Below, one piece after another: positions 34,258-42,345 of a stretch of DNA of 64,000 nt. Both the position numbers and the translations under genes were made by a program. The first letter of the stretch is position 1. Every line of letters starts with the position of its first letter. The notes beneath the pieces were generated by a model, which had not been told where the DNA came from, ran no database searches, and saw only the letters and a program-made list of their open reading frames with translations. The DNA comes from an uncultured delta proteobacterium. Lineage in GTDB: Bacteria; Myxococcota; Myxococcia; Myxococcales; Myxococcaceae. The stretch is from positions 1-64,000 of the forward strand of contig CAVYSY010000048.1 in the NCBI GenBank assembly GCA_963771175.1, read 5' to 3'.

Positions 34258-35493
34258 TCAGCGTTTTCCGGAGAGCGCCGCGGCCTCGATGACGAGGTCG
34301 GCGTAGCGGTTGCGCGGGTCGGCCGGCACGGAGCCGTCACGGTAGTAGAAGGTGAACTCGTCCCACTCATCCGGCCGCGCATCATTGGCGAACATCCACG
34401 GGCCGATGGCGCCGGCACCGCTGCGCCAGGAGCAGAGGAACCAACCCCGGTACATGGCGCGCCGCTCGTCGAGCGTGAAGCCCTCCCGGTTGCGCAGACC
34501 GAACTCGCCAATGAACAACGGCTTTCCCAGGTCACGAGAAAGTGCGACGTGCTCGGAGAACCAGTGCGCGCCCGCGCGAGCCGTGGCACCCGCCTTCACG
34601 CCATAGGCCTCCGGGTAGAAGTGGACACTGCTGAAGTCGATGAAGGGCGAGGCCGTGTTGCGGCGGAAGCTGGAACCCCCCTCGAAGAAGGAGGAGGAGG
34701 CCGCGTCGCGCCAGAAGCGCTCGTCGTAGCCCGCGAAGGAGGTGTCGAAGCCCTCCTCGCCGGTGCCCACCAGGTGCCCCGGCGCGTATTGCTTCACCAC
34801 GGCGGCCACCTCGTCCACCCAGGCGCGCATCGCCGCGCCTTCGTTGTCCAGGCCCGTGCCCCGAGGCTCGTTGAGCAGCTCCCAGGCCAGCACGGCCGGG
34901 TGCTCGCCGTAGCGCAGCCCGTCCAGGGTGTTGACGCGAGAGAGCAGCCGCGCGACGTGCGCCTTGTAGTGGTCGATGACGGCGCGTTCGGTGAAGAAGC
35001 GCGGGTCCCCTTGCACCGGCGAGGGCAGCCCCGCCCACTCCACGTACTGCCGCGTGCCGCCGTACGCGTCCCAATAGTTGCCCAGGGGGAGGACGAGCTT
35101 CACGCCATACGCGGCGGCCCGGGTGAGCACGAGGTCCATCCCGCGCAGGCTCACCTCGTCATATTGCAGCGGGGCCACCTGGATGGCGGAGTCGCCGCGC
35201 TTGTCGGCTCCGTCGTTGTAGCCGTTGGTCCGCACCGCGTAGGCCCCGAGCGCCGAGACCTTGGCGAGCGTCTCCTCCACATCGGGCGACTCGGTGAGGC
35301 CCCGCCTCAAGTCCCGCGCGGCCGCCTCCTGGAGGTAGTACGCGTTGAGCACCACCGCCGCGGAGGGCGCCGCGCCCAGCCGCAGCGCCGGCCCCACGGG
35401 GCAGTCCGAGGCCTCGTCCTCCAGCTCCTGGAGGGGGTCCTCACCACAGGCCACCACCGTGAGCAGCAGCAGTAACGGGAATGGGGCACGCAT
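34258..35493 (-). CDS. GH5 glycoside hydrolase (endo-mannanase-like) lipoprotein
   Basis: Lipobox VVAC; NAYY, NYW..YGG..QY..W, AWELLNEPR (acid/base), SVHFYP, KPLFIGEFG (nucleophile). Confidence 0.85.
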   Translation of the reverse strand: MRAPFPLLLLLTVVACGEDPLQELEDEASDCPVGPALRLGAAPSAAVVLNAYYLQEAAARDLRRGLTESPDVEETLAKVSALGAYAVRTNGYNDGADKRGDSAIQVAPLQYDEVSLRGMDLVLTRAAAYGVKLVLPLGNYWDAYGGTRQYVEWAGLPSPVQGDPRFFTERAVIDHYKAHVARLLSRVNTLDGLRYGEHPAVLAWELLNEPRGTGLDNEGAAMRAWVDEVAAVVKQYAPGHLVGTGEEGFDTSFAGYDERFWRDAASSSFFEGGSSFRRNTASPFIDFSSVHFYPEAYGVKAGATARAGAHWFSEHVALSRDLGKPLFIGEFGLRNREGFTLDERRAMYRGWFLCSWRSGAGAIGPWMFANDARPDEWDEFTFYYRDGSVPADPRNRYADLVIEAAALSGKR

Positions 35494-35510
35494 GCGCGGG
35501 CTCACGGGGC

Positions 35511-36113
35511 TCAGCCCTGACGCTCGGGCAGGCCGAGCGCCTCGCGCACCTCGGCCACCTGGCGCGTGGCCCAATGGCGGCGATGGTTCTCCGCGGTGGT
35601 GAAGCTGCGCGTCTCCATCCGGTCGAGGTACAGCATGCCGTCCAGGTGGTCTATCTCATGCTGGAGGATGCGGGCGTACCAGCCGCGCGCCGAGATGGAC
35701 ACGGGCTGGCCCTTCTCGTCGAGCGCCTCCACGCGTACGGCGCGCGCCCGCCGCACCAGCGCGGAGAAGCCGCTGACGCTCAGGCAGCCCTCGTAGAACT
35801 CCACCGGGGTCGGGTCCTCCACCGCGAGGCGCGGGTTGATGATGACGTGGAAGTCCACCGGCTTGCGCTCGCGCGCGGCCAGCTCCTCCGGTGAGAGGGA
35901 GGCCTGACACTCGGCCCGGTCCTCGATGACCGCGAGCCGCACGTCGACCCCCACCTGTGGCGCGGCCAGCCCGACGCCCGGCGCATCCCGCATGGTGTCG
36001 CGCATGAGGGCGATGAGTTGCCGCACCGCCGGGCTCACGATCTCCTCGTGGGTAAGGTCTCTCGCGTGCCGACGCAGCACCGGCTCTCCAGCCTGGACGA
36101 TTTTCAGCACCAT
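35511..36113 (-). CDS. def: Peptide deformylase
   Basis: GVGLAAPQVG, EGCLS, QHEIDHLDG. Confidence 0.93.
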   Translation of the reverse strand: MVLKIVQAGEPVLRRHARDLTHEEIVSPAVRQLIALMRDTMRDAPGVGLAAPQVGVDVRLAVIEDRAECQASLSPEELAARERKPVDFHVIINPRLAVEDPTPVEFYEGCLSVSGFSALVRRARAVRVEALDEKGQPVSISARGWYARILQHEIDHLDGMLYLDRMETRSFTTAENHRRHWATRQVAEVREALGLPERQG

Positions 36114-36255
36114 GCCTGGGAGGATACGCGGCACGCGGTGCGCCAGCACAGCGGTCCACACGAATGACGGTTGGTTGGCGGAACGGGCCGGGGTGGCACC
36201 TCGGGAGGAGAGGCCGCTTGCCATCCACTCCGAAATAGGGTCTGGAGCGGGCGCC

Positions 36256-36672
36256 ATGAGTCCGAGCCTCGACGTCCGTAACCTGCAACACTCGGTGGAG
36301 CTGTCCGCTCCGCCCGAGGCAGTCTACGCCGCGTTGATGGACGCGCGGCAGCACGCCTCCTTCACGGGCTTGGATGCGGAGATCGACGCACGCGAGGGCG
36401 GCGCCTTCGTCACCTGCGGGGGGCGCAACAGCGGCTACACGCTGGTGCTCGTGCCCGGGCGCCGCATCGTGCAGGCGTGGACGCACCGGGACTGGCCCGA
36501 GCACCACTACTCCATCGTCACCTTCGACCTGGTGCCACTGGGACGCGGCACGCGACTCACCTTCACCCAGATGGGAGTGCCGGCGGAGGCCCATGACTGG
36601 CTCGACGAGGGCTGGCGCACCACCTACTGGGGACCCCTGGCGCGCTTCCTCGTCCTGCGTCGCCGCGGGTGA
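36256..36672 (+). CDS. SRPBCC / AHSA1-like domain protein
   Basis: APPEAVYAALMD, G.RIVQAW, GTRLTFTQ, GW...YW. Confidence 0.85.
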   Translation: MSPSLDVRNLQHSVELSAPPEAVYAALMDARQHASFTGLDAEIDAREGGAFVTCGGRNSGYTLVLVPGRRIVQAWTHRDWPEHHYSIVTFDLVPLGRGTRLTFTQMGVPAEAHDWLDEGWRTTYWGPLARFLVLRRRG

Positions 36673-36703
36673 CGCACCGAGGTCCCACCGAGCTCTCGAC
36701 GTC

Positions 36704-37096
36704 TCAAAGCGGAGGCGGGCTCTTCGCGGAGCGCTTCTTCAGAGCGATGGCGGAGGCGAGTGCCGCCAGGGTGCGAAGAGCGCTGGGAGAGAGCGAGGGC
36801 AGGATGCTCGCGAGGCGGCGCAGTTCTGGAGGATCGATCGGCTCGGCTGGGGTGGTTGGGACCGAGACCTCCTCGGAGCCGAGCCCCAGGAGCACATTGG
36901 CGGAGATGCTCAACGCCACGCAGAGCCGGTGCAGGGAGGGCACGCTGGGCAGCATGTGCCCGCGCTCGATGCGGCCATAGACGGCGGAGGCGAGACCCAC
37001 CATGGAAGCTACATCGGCCTGGGTGAGCCCCGCCCGCTCTCGGGCCCCCAGGAGCGCGGTTCCGATGGTGCGCTTCAGCTTGTGCGTTTCATCCAT
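36704..37096 (-). CDS. XRE-family helix-turn-helix regulator
   Basis: ARERAGLTQADVA..VGL...VYGRIERG.MLPSV..L..LC..L; C-terminal PPELRRL. Confidence 0.88.
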   Translation of the reverse strand: MDETHKLKRTIGTALLGARERAGLTQADVASMVGLASAVYGRIERGHMLPSVPSLHRLCVALSISANVLLGLGSEEVSVPTTPAEPIDPPELRRLASILPSLSPSALRTLAALASAIALKKRSAKSPPPL

Positions 37097-37147
37097 GCTT
37101 GGGCGACACTACCTCGAAAAGCGCATCGCGAGAACCAACTCCGGGGG

Positions 37148-37166
37148 TTGATACTGGATATTCCAG
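37148..37166. promoter_or_regulatory. Candidate operator palindrome in the divergent XRE/DUF2381 promoter region
   Basis: CTGGA-TAT-TCCAG (37154-37166) directly after TTGATA. Confidence 0.35.
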
Positions 37167-37289
37167 GTGGCTCGCGCGCGTCCCGCTGTTCATCCCTCGA
37201 CCCGCGAGGAGAGCACCGCGCCCCGCCGCGGAGGGAATCCGGCACGATGGCGGGCTCCGCGCTTCCCTGGATTCCGGAGACCTCGCCAC

Positions 37290-37964
37290 ATGCGCCCCCT
37301 CCCGCGAGGAGTCCTGCTCCCCCTGACCTGCCTCTGGGGAATGACCGCCATGGCCCATCCCACGGCGCCCGGAGCGGTCGGAGTCTTCTGCCTAGAGTCG
37401 GAGCTCTCGGAGCACGAACCAAAGGTGGGAGCAGGCCCGGAGCCGCCGAGGGGGGAACTGGCACAGCTCCAGGAGGAGAACCAGCGGCTGCGGGCGGAGC
37501 TCGAGCGGCGAAGCGCGGAGCCGGAGCCGGAGCCGGTCAGCCTCACCCGGCTGCGCAGCGGGGAGCTGATGGACGCGACCGGCGTGGAGGCCCGGGACAT
37601 CGCCGCGGAAATCAGGCTCACCCAGGGGGCGATGCTGTCCGTGATGCAGGCCGACAGCTACCGCGCCCGGGGGCGGGTAGCGGTGGAGCTGGTGCTGCTC
37701 AATGAGGGCTCAGCCGAAACCTGGGCGGGGGACAAGGCGGTGCTGGTGGGGGCGCACGGAGAGGAGCTGGAAATCCTCTCGGTCTGGACGACGGGACCCC
37801 TTGCCCCGGGCGGCAAGGGTCGGGTGCTGGTGGAGGCGGTGGGAGAGCCGTCCCCCAGCACGTACACCCTCCGGGTGTGGCAGGGAGATGGCGCTCGCGC
37901 CCTCATCGTCGAGAATGTGACGTTCCCCGACCCCCTCTCTCCCCTCCCAGGAGGAAGACCATGA
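37290..37964 (+). CDS. DUF2381 (TIGR02268) family protein, short form
   Basis: Signal peptide; coiled coil LQEENQRLRAEL; SYRA.GRVAV.L.L.N...W; L.PG..GRVLVE; YTLR.W; VTFP C-terminus. ATGA overlap with the kinase gene. Confidence 0.75.
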   Translation: MRPLPRGVLLPLTCLWGMTAMAHPTAPGAVGVFCLESELSEHEPKVGAGPEPPRGELAQLQEENQRLRAELERRSAEPEPEPVSLTRLRSGELMDATGVEARDIAAEIRLTQGAMLSVMQADSYRARGRVAVELVLLNEGSAETWAGDKAVLVGAHGEELEILSVWTTGPLAPGGKGRVLVEAVGEPSPSTYTLRVWQGDGARALIVENVTFPDPLSPLPGGRP

Positions 37965-39823
37965 GGAACGCGCCTCCCCCGCTGCCCTCCCTCGGGGATT
38001 GGGTCGGGGAGTACGAAGTGGTGGCGAAGCTGGGCGAGGGCGGCTGCGGCACCGTCTTCAAGGCGCGGCGGGGCACGCGCTTCTACGCCCTGAAGTTCAT
38101 CCGCGGTGTTCGCGGAGGCAAGGACGGGCGGGACGCCTGGGGACGGAGGGAGGCGTCCATCCTACTGAACGTGGAGCACCCCCACGTGGTGCGGCTGGTG
38201 GGCATCGGGTACTGGCCGGACGAGGAGACGGGCTGCTTCTACCTCGTCATGGAGTACGTCGAGGGCCGCACACTGTTCGCGTGGGCGGAAGAGGAGAACC
38301 CCTGCGCGCGCGAGGTGGCGCGCAAGACGCTGGAGGGTGCGCGGGCCCTGGCGGAGGTCCACCACCAGCACGTGGTGCACCGGGACGTGAAGGGCTGCAA
38401 CCTGCTGGTGCGCGAGGCGGACGCTCGGGTGGTGCTGGTGGACTTCGGCGCGGGAGGCTACGAGGGAGCGCCGCGTCTCACCCGCTACGGGCTCGCGCCG
38501 GGGACGGACCTCTACCGCAGCCCCGAGGCGGTGCGCTTCCACCTGGACAACGCCCACGACCCCCACGCCAGCCATCCCTCCCAGCCAGCGGATGACTTGT
38601 ACGCGCTGGGTGTCGTCCTCTACGAGCTGCTGACGGATCAGATGCCCTTCCGCGAAGACCTCCCGGAAGCGCGCATCCACGAGCTGTACGAGGAGATCCT
38701 CCATCGGGTGCCCGAGTCCCCCTCCAACCTCAACCCCCGAGTGCCACGGGCCCTGAGCGACCTCTGCATGCGCCTGCTGGCCAAGCGGCCCGACGCCCGC
38801 TACGCCAGCGCCCAGGAGCTGTGCGGAGTTCTGGAGGCGGCGCTCTCGAAGGCGGACGCGAGCTGGGACGTGCCCCTCTTCGCCTCGCGAGCCACCGCCC
38901 CCGCCCGAGCCGCCAGCCCCGCGGAGGATGACGCGGAGGTGGATGCGGAACAGCAATGGGTGATGGAGCAACCCGGCCAGCGTCGCGGGCGCGGCGAGCG
39001 CCCATCGGGAACACGGGAGCCAGCTCCCACGCCCGCGCGCTGGACCCTCCCGAAGATGATGGCCTGGGGCAGTCTCCTGCTGATGGTGTCGTTGGGGGCA
39101 TGGCTCCTCTCCCGCCCCACGAGTCTCGACCCCGAGCTGGCTTCTCCTTCCGCGTCGCCTCGCCGGGCCGGCCACGAAGTGGCGCCCCCCGCCGGGCTGC
39201 CGGAAGCTGACGGAGGCGCAGCGCCCCCCGTGGCGGCCATCCCTGCGCCCGTCGCCTCCGCGACGCCCCAGGAGGAAGACACGCGCGTGAAGAGCCAGAA
39301 GACCTCATCGAAGACCGGACAGAAGGAGTCTGGTTCCGCCGCTGGCTGGCGTGCCCTCACCACCGTCGCCATCTGCACTGCGGCGGCCGGCTGTCCCGCG
39401 GTTCCGGTGCGCCCGCCTCCCGTGGACTGCCCGCCAGAGACCCTCTCCTTCATGCGAGAGAAGCTGGGCATCCGCGTCGGAGACTACGCGAGGGTCGTCA
39501 TCGACAACGACAAGGGTGTTGGCTCCGTTCCCATCGCGGTGCCGGCGGGCGACATCGAGAGCGAGCTGACGGATGACCTGGGAAAGCTGCCGGGCGAGGA
39601 CAAGAGGATATGGCTGTACGGTCAGCTCTTCTTCGGGAAGGACCGGGTCTATGGCCGCTACACCAAGGCCCAACTGGAGGATTTCACCTTTGTCCCGGTG
39701 TGCCTGCAACTGCATGACCGGAAGGATGGCACCCTGGGAGTACCCAAGCAGCCGGGCTCCGGGCCGGGCGCTGCCCTCATCCTCAACGTAGGCTACGTCA
39801 TGGCGGTCCAACGCTTCGAGTGA
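37961..39823 (+). CDS. Membrane Ser/Thr protein kinase with C-terminal exported domain
   Basis: LGEGGCGTVF, YALK, HRDVKGCN, DFG, GT..YRSPE, DDLYALGV; TM MAWGSLLLMVSLGAWLL; C-terminal GQL..G..RVYGRYT.A...VPVC. Confidence 0.9.
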   Translation: MRNAPPPLPSLGDWVGEYEVVAKLGEGGCGTVFKARRGTRFYALKFIRGVRGGKDGRDAWGRREASILLNVEHPHVVRLVGIGYWPDEETGCFYLVMEYVEGRTLFAWAEEENPCAREVARKTLEGARALAEVHHQHVVHRDVKGCNLLVREADARVVLVDFGAGGYEGAPRLTRYGLAPGTDLYRSPEAVRFHLDNAHDPHASHPSQPADDLYALGVVLYELLTDQMPFREDLPEARIHELYEEILHRVPESPSNLNPRVPRALSDLCMRLLAKRPDARYASAQELCGVLEAALSKADASWDVPLFASRATAPARAASPAEDDAEVDAEQQWVMEQPGQRRGRGERPSGTREPAPTPARWTLPKMMAWGSLLLMVSLGAWLLSRPTSLDPELASPSASPRRAGHEVAPPAGLPEADGGAAPPVAAIPAPVASATPQEEDTRVKSQKTSSKTGQKESGSAAGWRALTTVAICTAAAGCPAVPVRPPPVDCPPETLSFMREKLGIRVGDYARVVIDNDKGVGSVPIAVPAGDIESELTDDLGKLPGEDKRIWLYGQLFFGKDRVYGRYTKAQLEDFTFVPVCLQLHDRKDGTLGVPKQPGSGPGAALILNVGYVMAVQRFE

Positions 39824-40045
39824 GGTGCCCCCAGGTGGAGCGGCCCTCGCTCGGACCGGACGCCCACCAGGGAACCACCCCGTCGAGATGCCTGGAGAGG
39901 CCTGACAGGAGCTTGATGCACCCGGGGCGGATGAGTACCCATCAGGTCGTGGGCAGCTCATGGACTCCAGGCGTCTTCTCACCAGGAGGTGCCCGCACTC
40001 CGCCACCGCACGGCCTCGTCCGTGCCTCCGCCCGGGAGCACCTCC

Positions 40046-41122
40046 ATGTCCGGCGACGACACGACCCCCGACAACCCCCGCCATCTCTTCACACGGGAGG
40101 GCACGCGCTACGAGCAACTGCGTGTGCTGACGTCCGAGCGGAACGAGCTGCTCGCGCGACGCCGCTTCCAGGACGGACCGAGCGGCCTCGTCCGCATCAA
40201 GCGACTGGTGGCCCCGTTCGACCCCAAGGTGCGCCAGCGCATGCTCGACGAGGTCCGGCTCTCCCTGCGCCTGCACCACCCGGGCATCGCCTCGGTGTAC
40301 CTGCTCACGATGCACGCGGGGGCGCCACATGTGGTGATGGAGTACGTGGAGGGCTTCTACCTGGAGACGCTCTCGAGCCTCGCGGCCGTGCGCGACCGGC
40401 CCTTCTCCCCCGCCTTCGCCCTGTATGTCGGCGCCGAGGTGGCCGATGCCCTCCACCACGCGCACACCCTCACCGACGATGCGGGCCAGCCACTCAGCAT
40501 CGTCCACCGGGGCGTCAACCCCCAGCACATCCGCGTGGGGCACGGGGGCGAGGTGAAGCTCACGGACTTCGGGGTGGCCTGGTCACGGCTGGTGCACCGG
40601 CAGCGCACGTCGCCCTGGAGGCTGCGCGGGGACCTCGCCTACGCCGCCCCCGAGTACACGCGTGCCGAGGCCGTGGATGCCCGCGCCGACATCTTCTCGC
40701 TGGGGCTGGTGCTGGTGGAGCTACTGACGCACCGCCACCCGCTGGACAGCGAGGAGATGGACGCCCACGCGCCAGAGGACCCGGCGCGGGTGCTCGGGGA
40801 GTGGGTGGAACACGTGCGGAGCGAGGAGCCGTCCTGGCTGCCGGTCCCGATGATGGTGGAGCGACTCCAGCGCCTGGGTCCCGAGCACGTGGAGTGGGCG
40901 GTGCACGGGCTGCCGGAGCCCCTCCGGGTGCTGTTGCACAAGGCCTTGCGGAGCGACCCCTCCGAGCGCTTCCAGACGGCGGCCGAGCTGCGCGACGCCC
41001 TCCGGCGGCAGCTCGCCCAGGGGGGCCCCTACGGCCGCGAGGAGGCCGCCGAGGAAATCCGCCGGGCCACCGAGGAGGCCTCGCACCTGACCGAGAAGGC
41101 CGACGTCCTCGAGCCGATGTGA
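40046..41122 (+). CDS. Ser/Thr kinase-fold protein, probable pseudokinase
   Basis: LHHPGIA.V, VVMEYVEG, LTDFG, YAAPE, ADIFSLG, DPSERF are present, but the catalytic loop reads HRGVNPQH and there is no Gly-rich loop. Confidence 0.85.
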   Translation: MSGDDTTPDNPRHLFTREGTRYEQLRVLTSERNELLARRRFQDGPSGLVRIKRLVAPFDPKVRQRMLDEVRLSLRLHHPGIASVYLLTMHAGAPHVVMEYVEGFYLETLSSLAAVRDRPFSPAFALYVGAEVADALHHAHTLTDDAGQPLSIVHRGVNPQHIRVGHGGEVKLTDFGVAWSRLVHRQRTSPWRLRGDLAYAAPEYTRAEAVDARADIFSLGLVLVELLTHRHPLDSEEMDAHAPEDPARVLGEWVEHVRSEEPSWLPVPMMVERLQRLGPEHVEWAVHGLPEPLRVLLHKALRSDPSERFQTAAELRDALRRQLAQGGPYGREEAAEEIRRATEEASHLTEKADVLEPM

Positions 41123-41147
41123 CTGGGTCGCGCGGCTCGGGAAGAGC

Positions 41148-42044
41148 TCACTCCCCGGCTCGCCGGCAAAGCCAGAGGCGGCCGGACACCTCCTCGATGC
41201 ATCGCTGGCCCGGGTCACAGACCTCTCCCGCGTCCGGCCCGCATTCCCGCTGGCATCCACCCAGGTAGCAGACGGAATCCTTGGGGCAGGACCACTTTCC
41301 CCTCCCACAGGGAATCACGCACTCCACCCGCGCGGTCCAGGCCTCCTCTAACTTGGCCGTGTAGTCGATGGGGTTGCAGGAAAGACCTTCGGGACACGGG
41401 TCGCGCAGGCAGTTGGGGCCGCGAATGACCATGCATTGGGCACGGTCGGTGCCCGCCCCCACGCAATCCTGCCCCTCGGGACAATCTCCCCCCTTGCAGA
41501 AGGGCTGGCAGAAGGAAGTCTCCGGGCCCGCCCGGCACACGAACCCGGCGGGACAGGTCGAAGGCCCGTCCAACTGGCAGGGCCGGCCACAATAGCCCTC
41601 GCCGCACAGCAGCCCTCGCTCACAGGCCTCCTTCAGGAATGTCGTCGTCTCCAAGCAGGGCTGCCCCTCCTTGCGCTCGCCCACGAGGACACACCGTCGC
41701 ACCAGGGGACCATTCTCTCGCAATTGCCGGGTCCGGCAGGTGAAGCCCTCCTTGCATTGCAAGTCCGTCATACACGAACTATCAACACAAACTCTTTCGC
41801 CATCCGACCATAAATCCAGACATGCGAGCGGCGGCGCACAATCCTTCTGGTCCTCGCAAGAACGCCCGTAGGTCAGGAGCGCGCGTCTTTCCTCTCGATT
41901 GAGGATTGGCACAACATTCGTCCCCGGCGGACTCAAGCCCAGGATTGTCCGGTGCTGTTGCAGTCTGGCCGCACAGTGGTCGAACATGAAAGGCAGGGGG
42001 AGTAACAGTCCCACGATGACCCCCAGCACCGTGCGCTTCTTCAT
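41148..42044 (-). CDS. Cysteine-rich exported protein
   Basis: N-terminal hydrophobic helix followed by more than 30 Cys in repeated C..C....C units; lower GC than flanks. Confidence 0.7.
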   Translation of the reverse strand: MKKRTVLGVIVGLLLPLPFMFDHCAARLQQHRTILGLSPPGTNVVPILNREERRALLTYGRSCEDQKDCAPPLACLDLWSDGERVCVDSSCMTDLQCKEGFTCRTRQLRENGPLVRRCVLVGERKEGQPCLETTTFLKEACERGLLCGEGYCGRPCQLDGPSTCPAGFVCRAGPETSFCQPFCKGGDCPEGQDCVGAGTDRAQCMVIRGPNCLRDPCPEGLSCNPIDYTAKLEEAWTARVECVIPCGRGKWSCPKDSVCYLGGCQRECGPDAGEVCDPGQRCIEEVSGRLWLCRRAGE

Positions 42045-42289
42045 TCACACTCCCAGTGACAATCCCGTGGCTGATCCACCGGACCCTCGCAGCGCCAGAT
42101 GCGCTTCTTCTTACGGTCTTTGCAACCTTTTGGCTCCGTCAAAAGCTCTTGTCGCCGCTCTTCCTGTTGCTCCTGAATGTCCTTTTCCATTGCATCATCC
42201 AGGTATCCGTCCTTCCCATAGAGTTCCGGGCACCCGGTCCCCAACGAGCCCACCAACAGCGCGAGCCCCACTGTGAAACGCCGACACAT
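42041..42289 (-). CDS. Small lipoprotein
   Basis: Lipobox LGTGC; ATGA overlap with the downstream Cys-rich gene; lower GC. Confidence 0.6.
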   Translation of the reverse strand: MCRRFTVGLALLVGSLGTGCPELYGKDGYLDDAMEKDIQEQQEERRQELLTEPKGCKDRKKKRIWRCEGPVDQPRDCHWECE

Positions 42290-42345
42290 GAAAAACCCCG
42301 AGTGGTGAGACGGTAGCTGAAAGCGACTTCACTCCCAGTATAATC

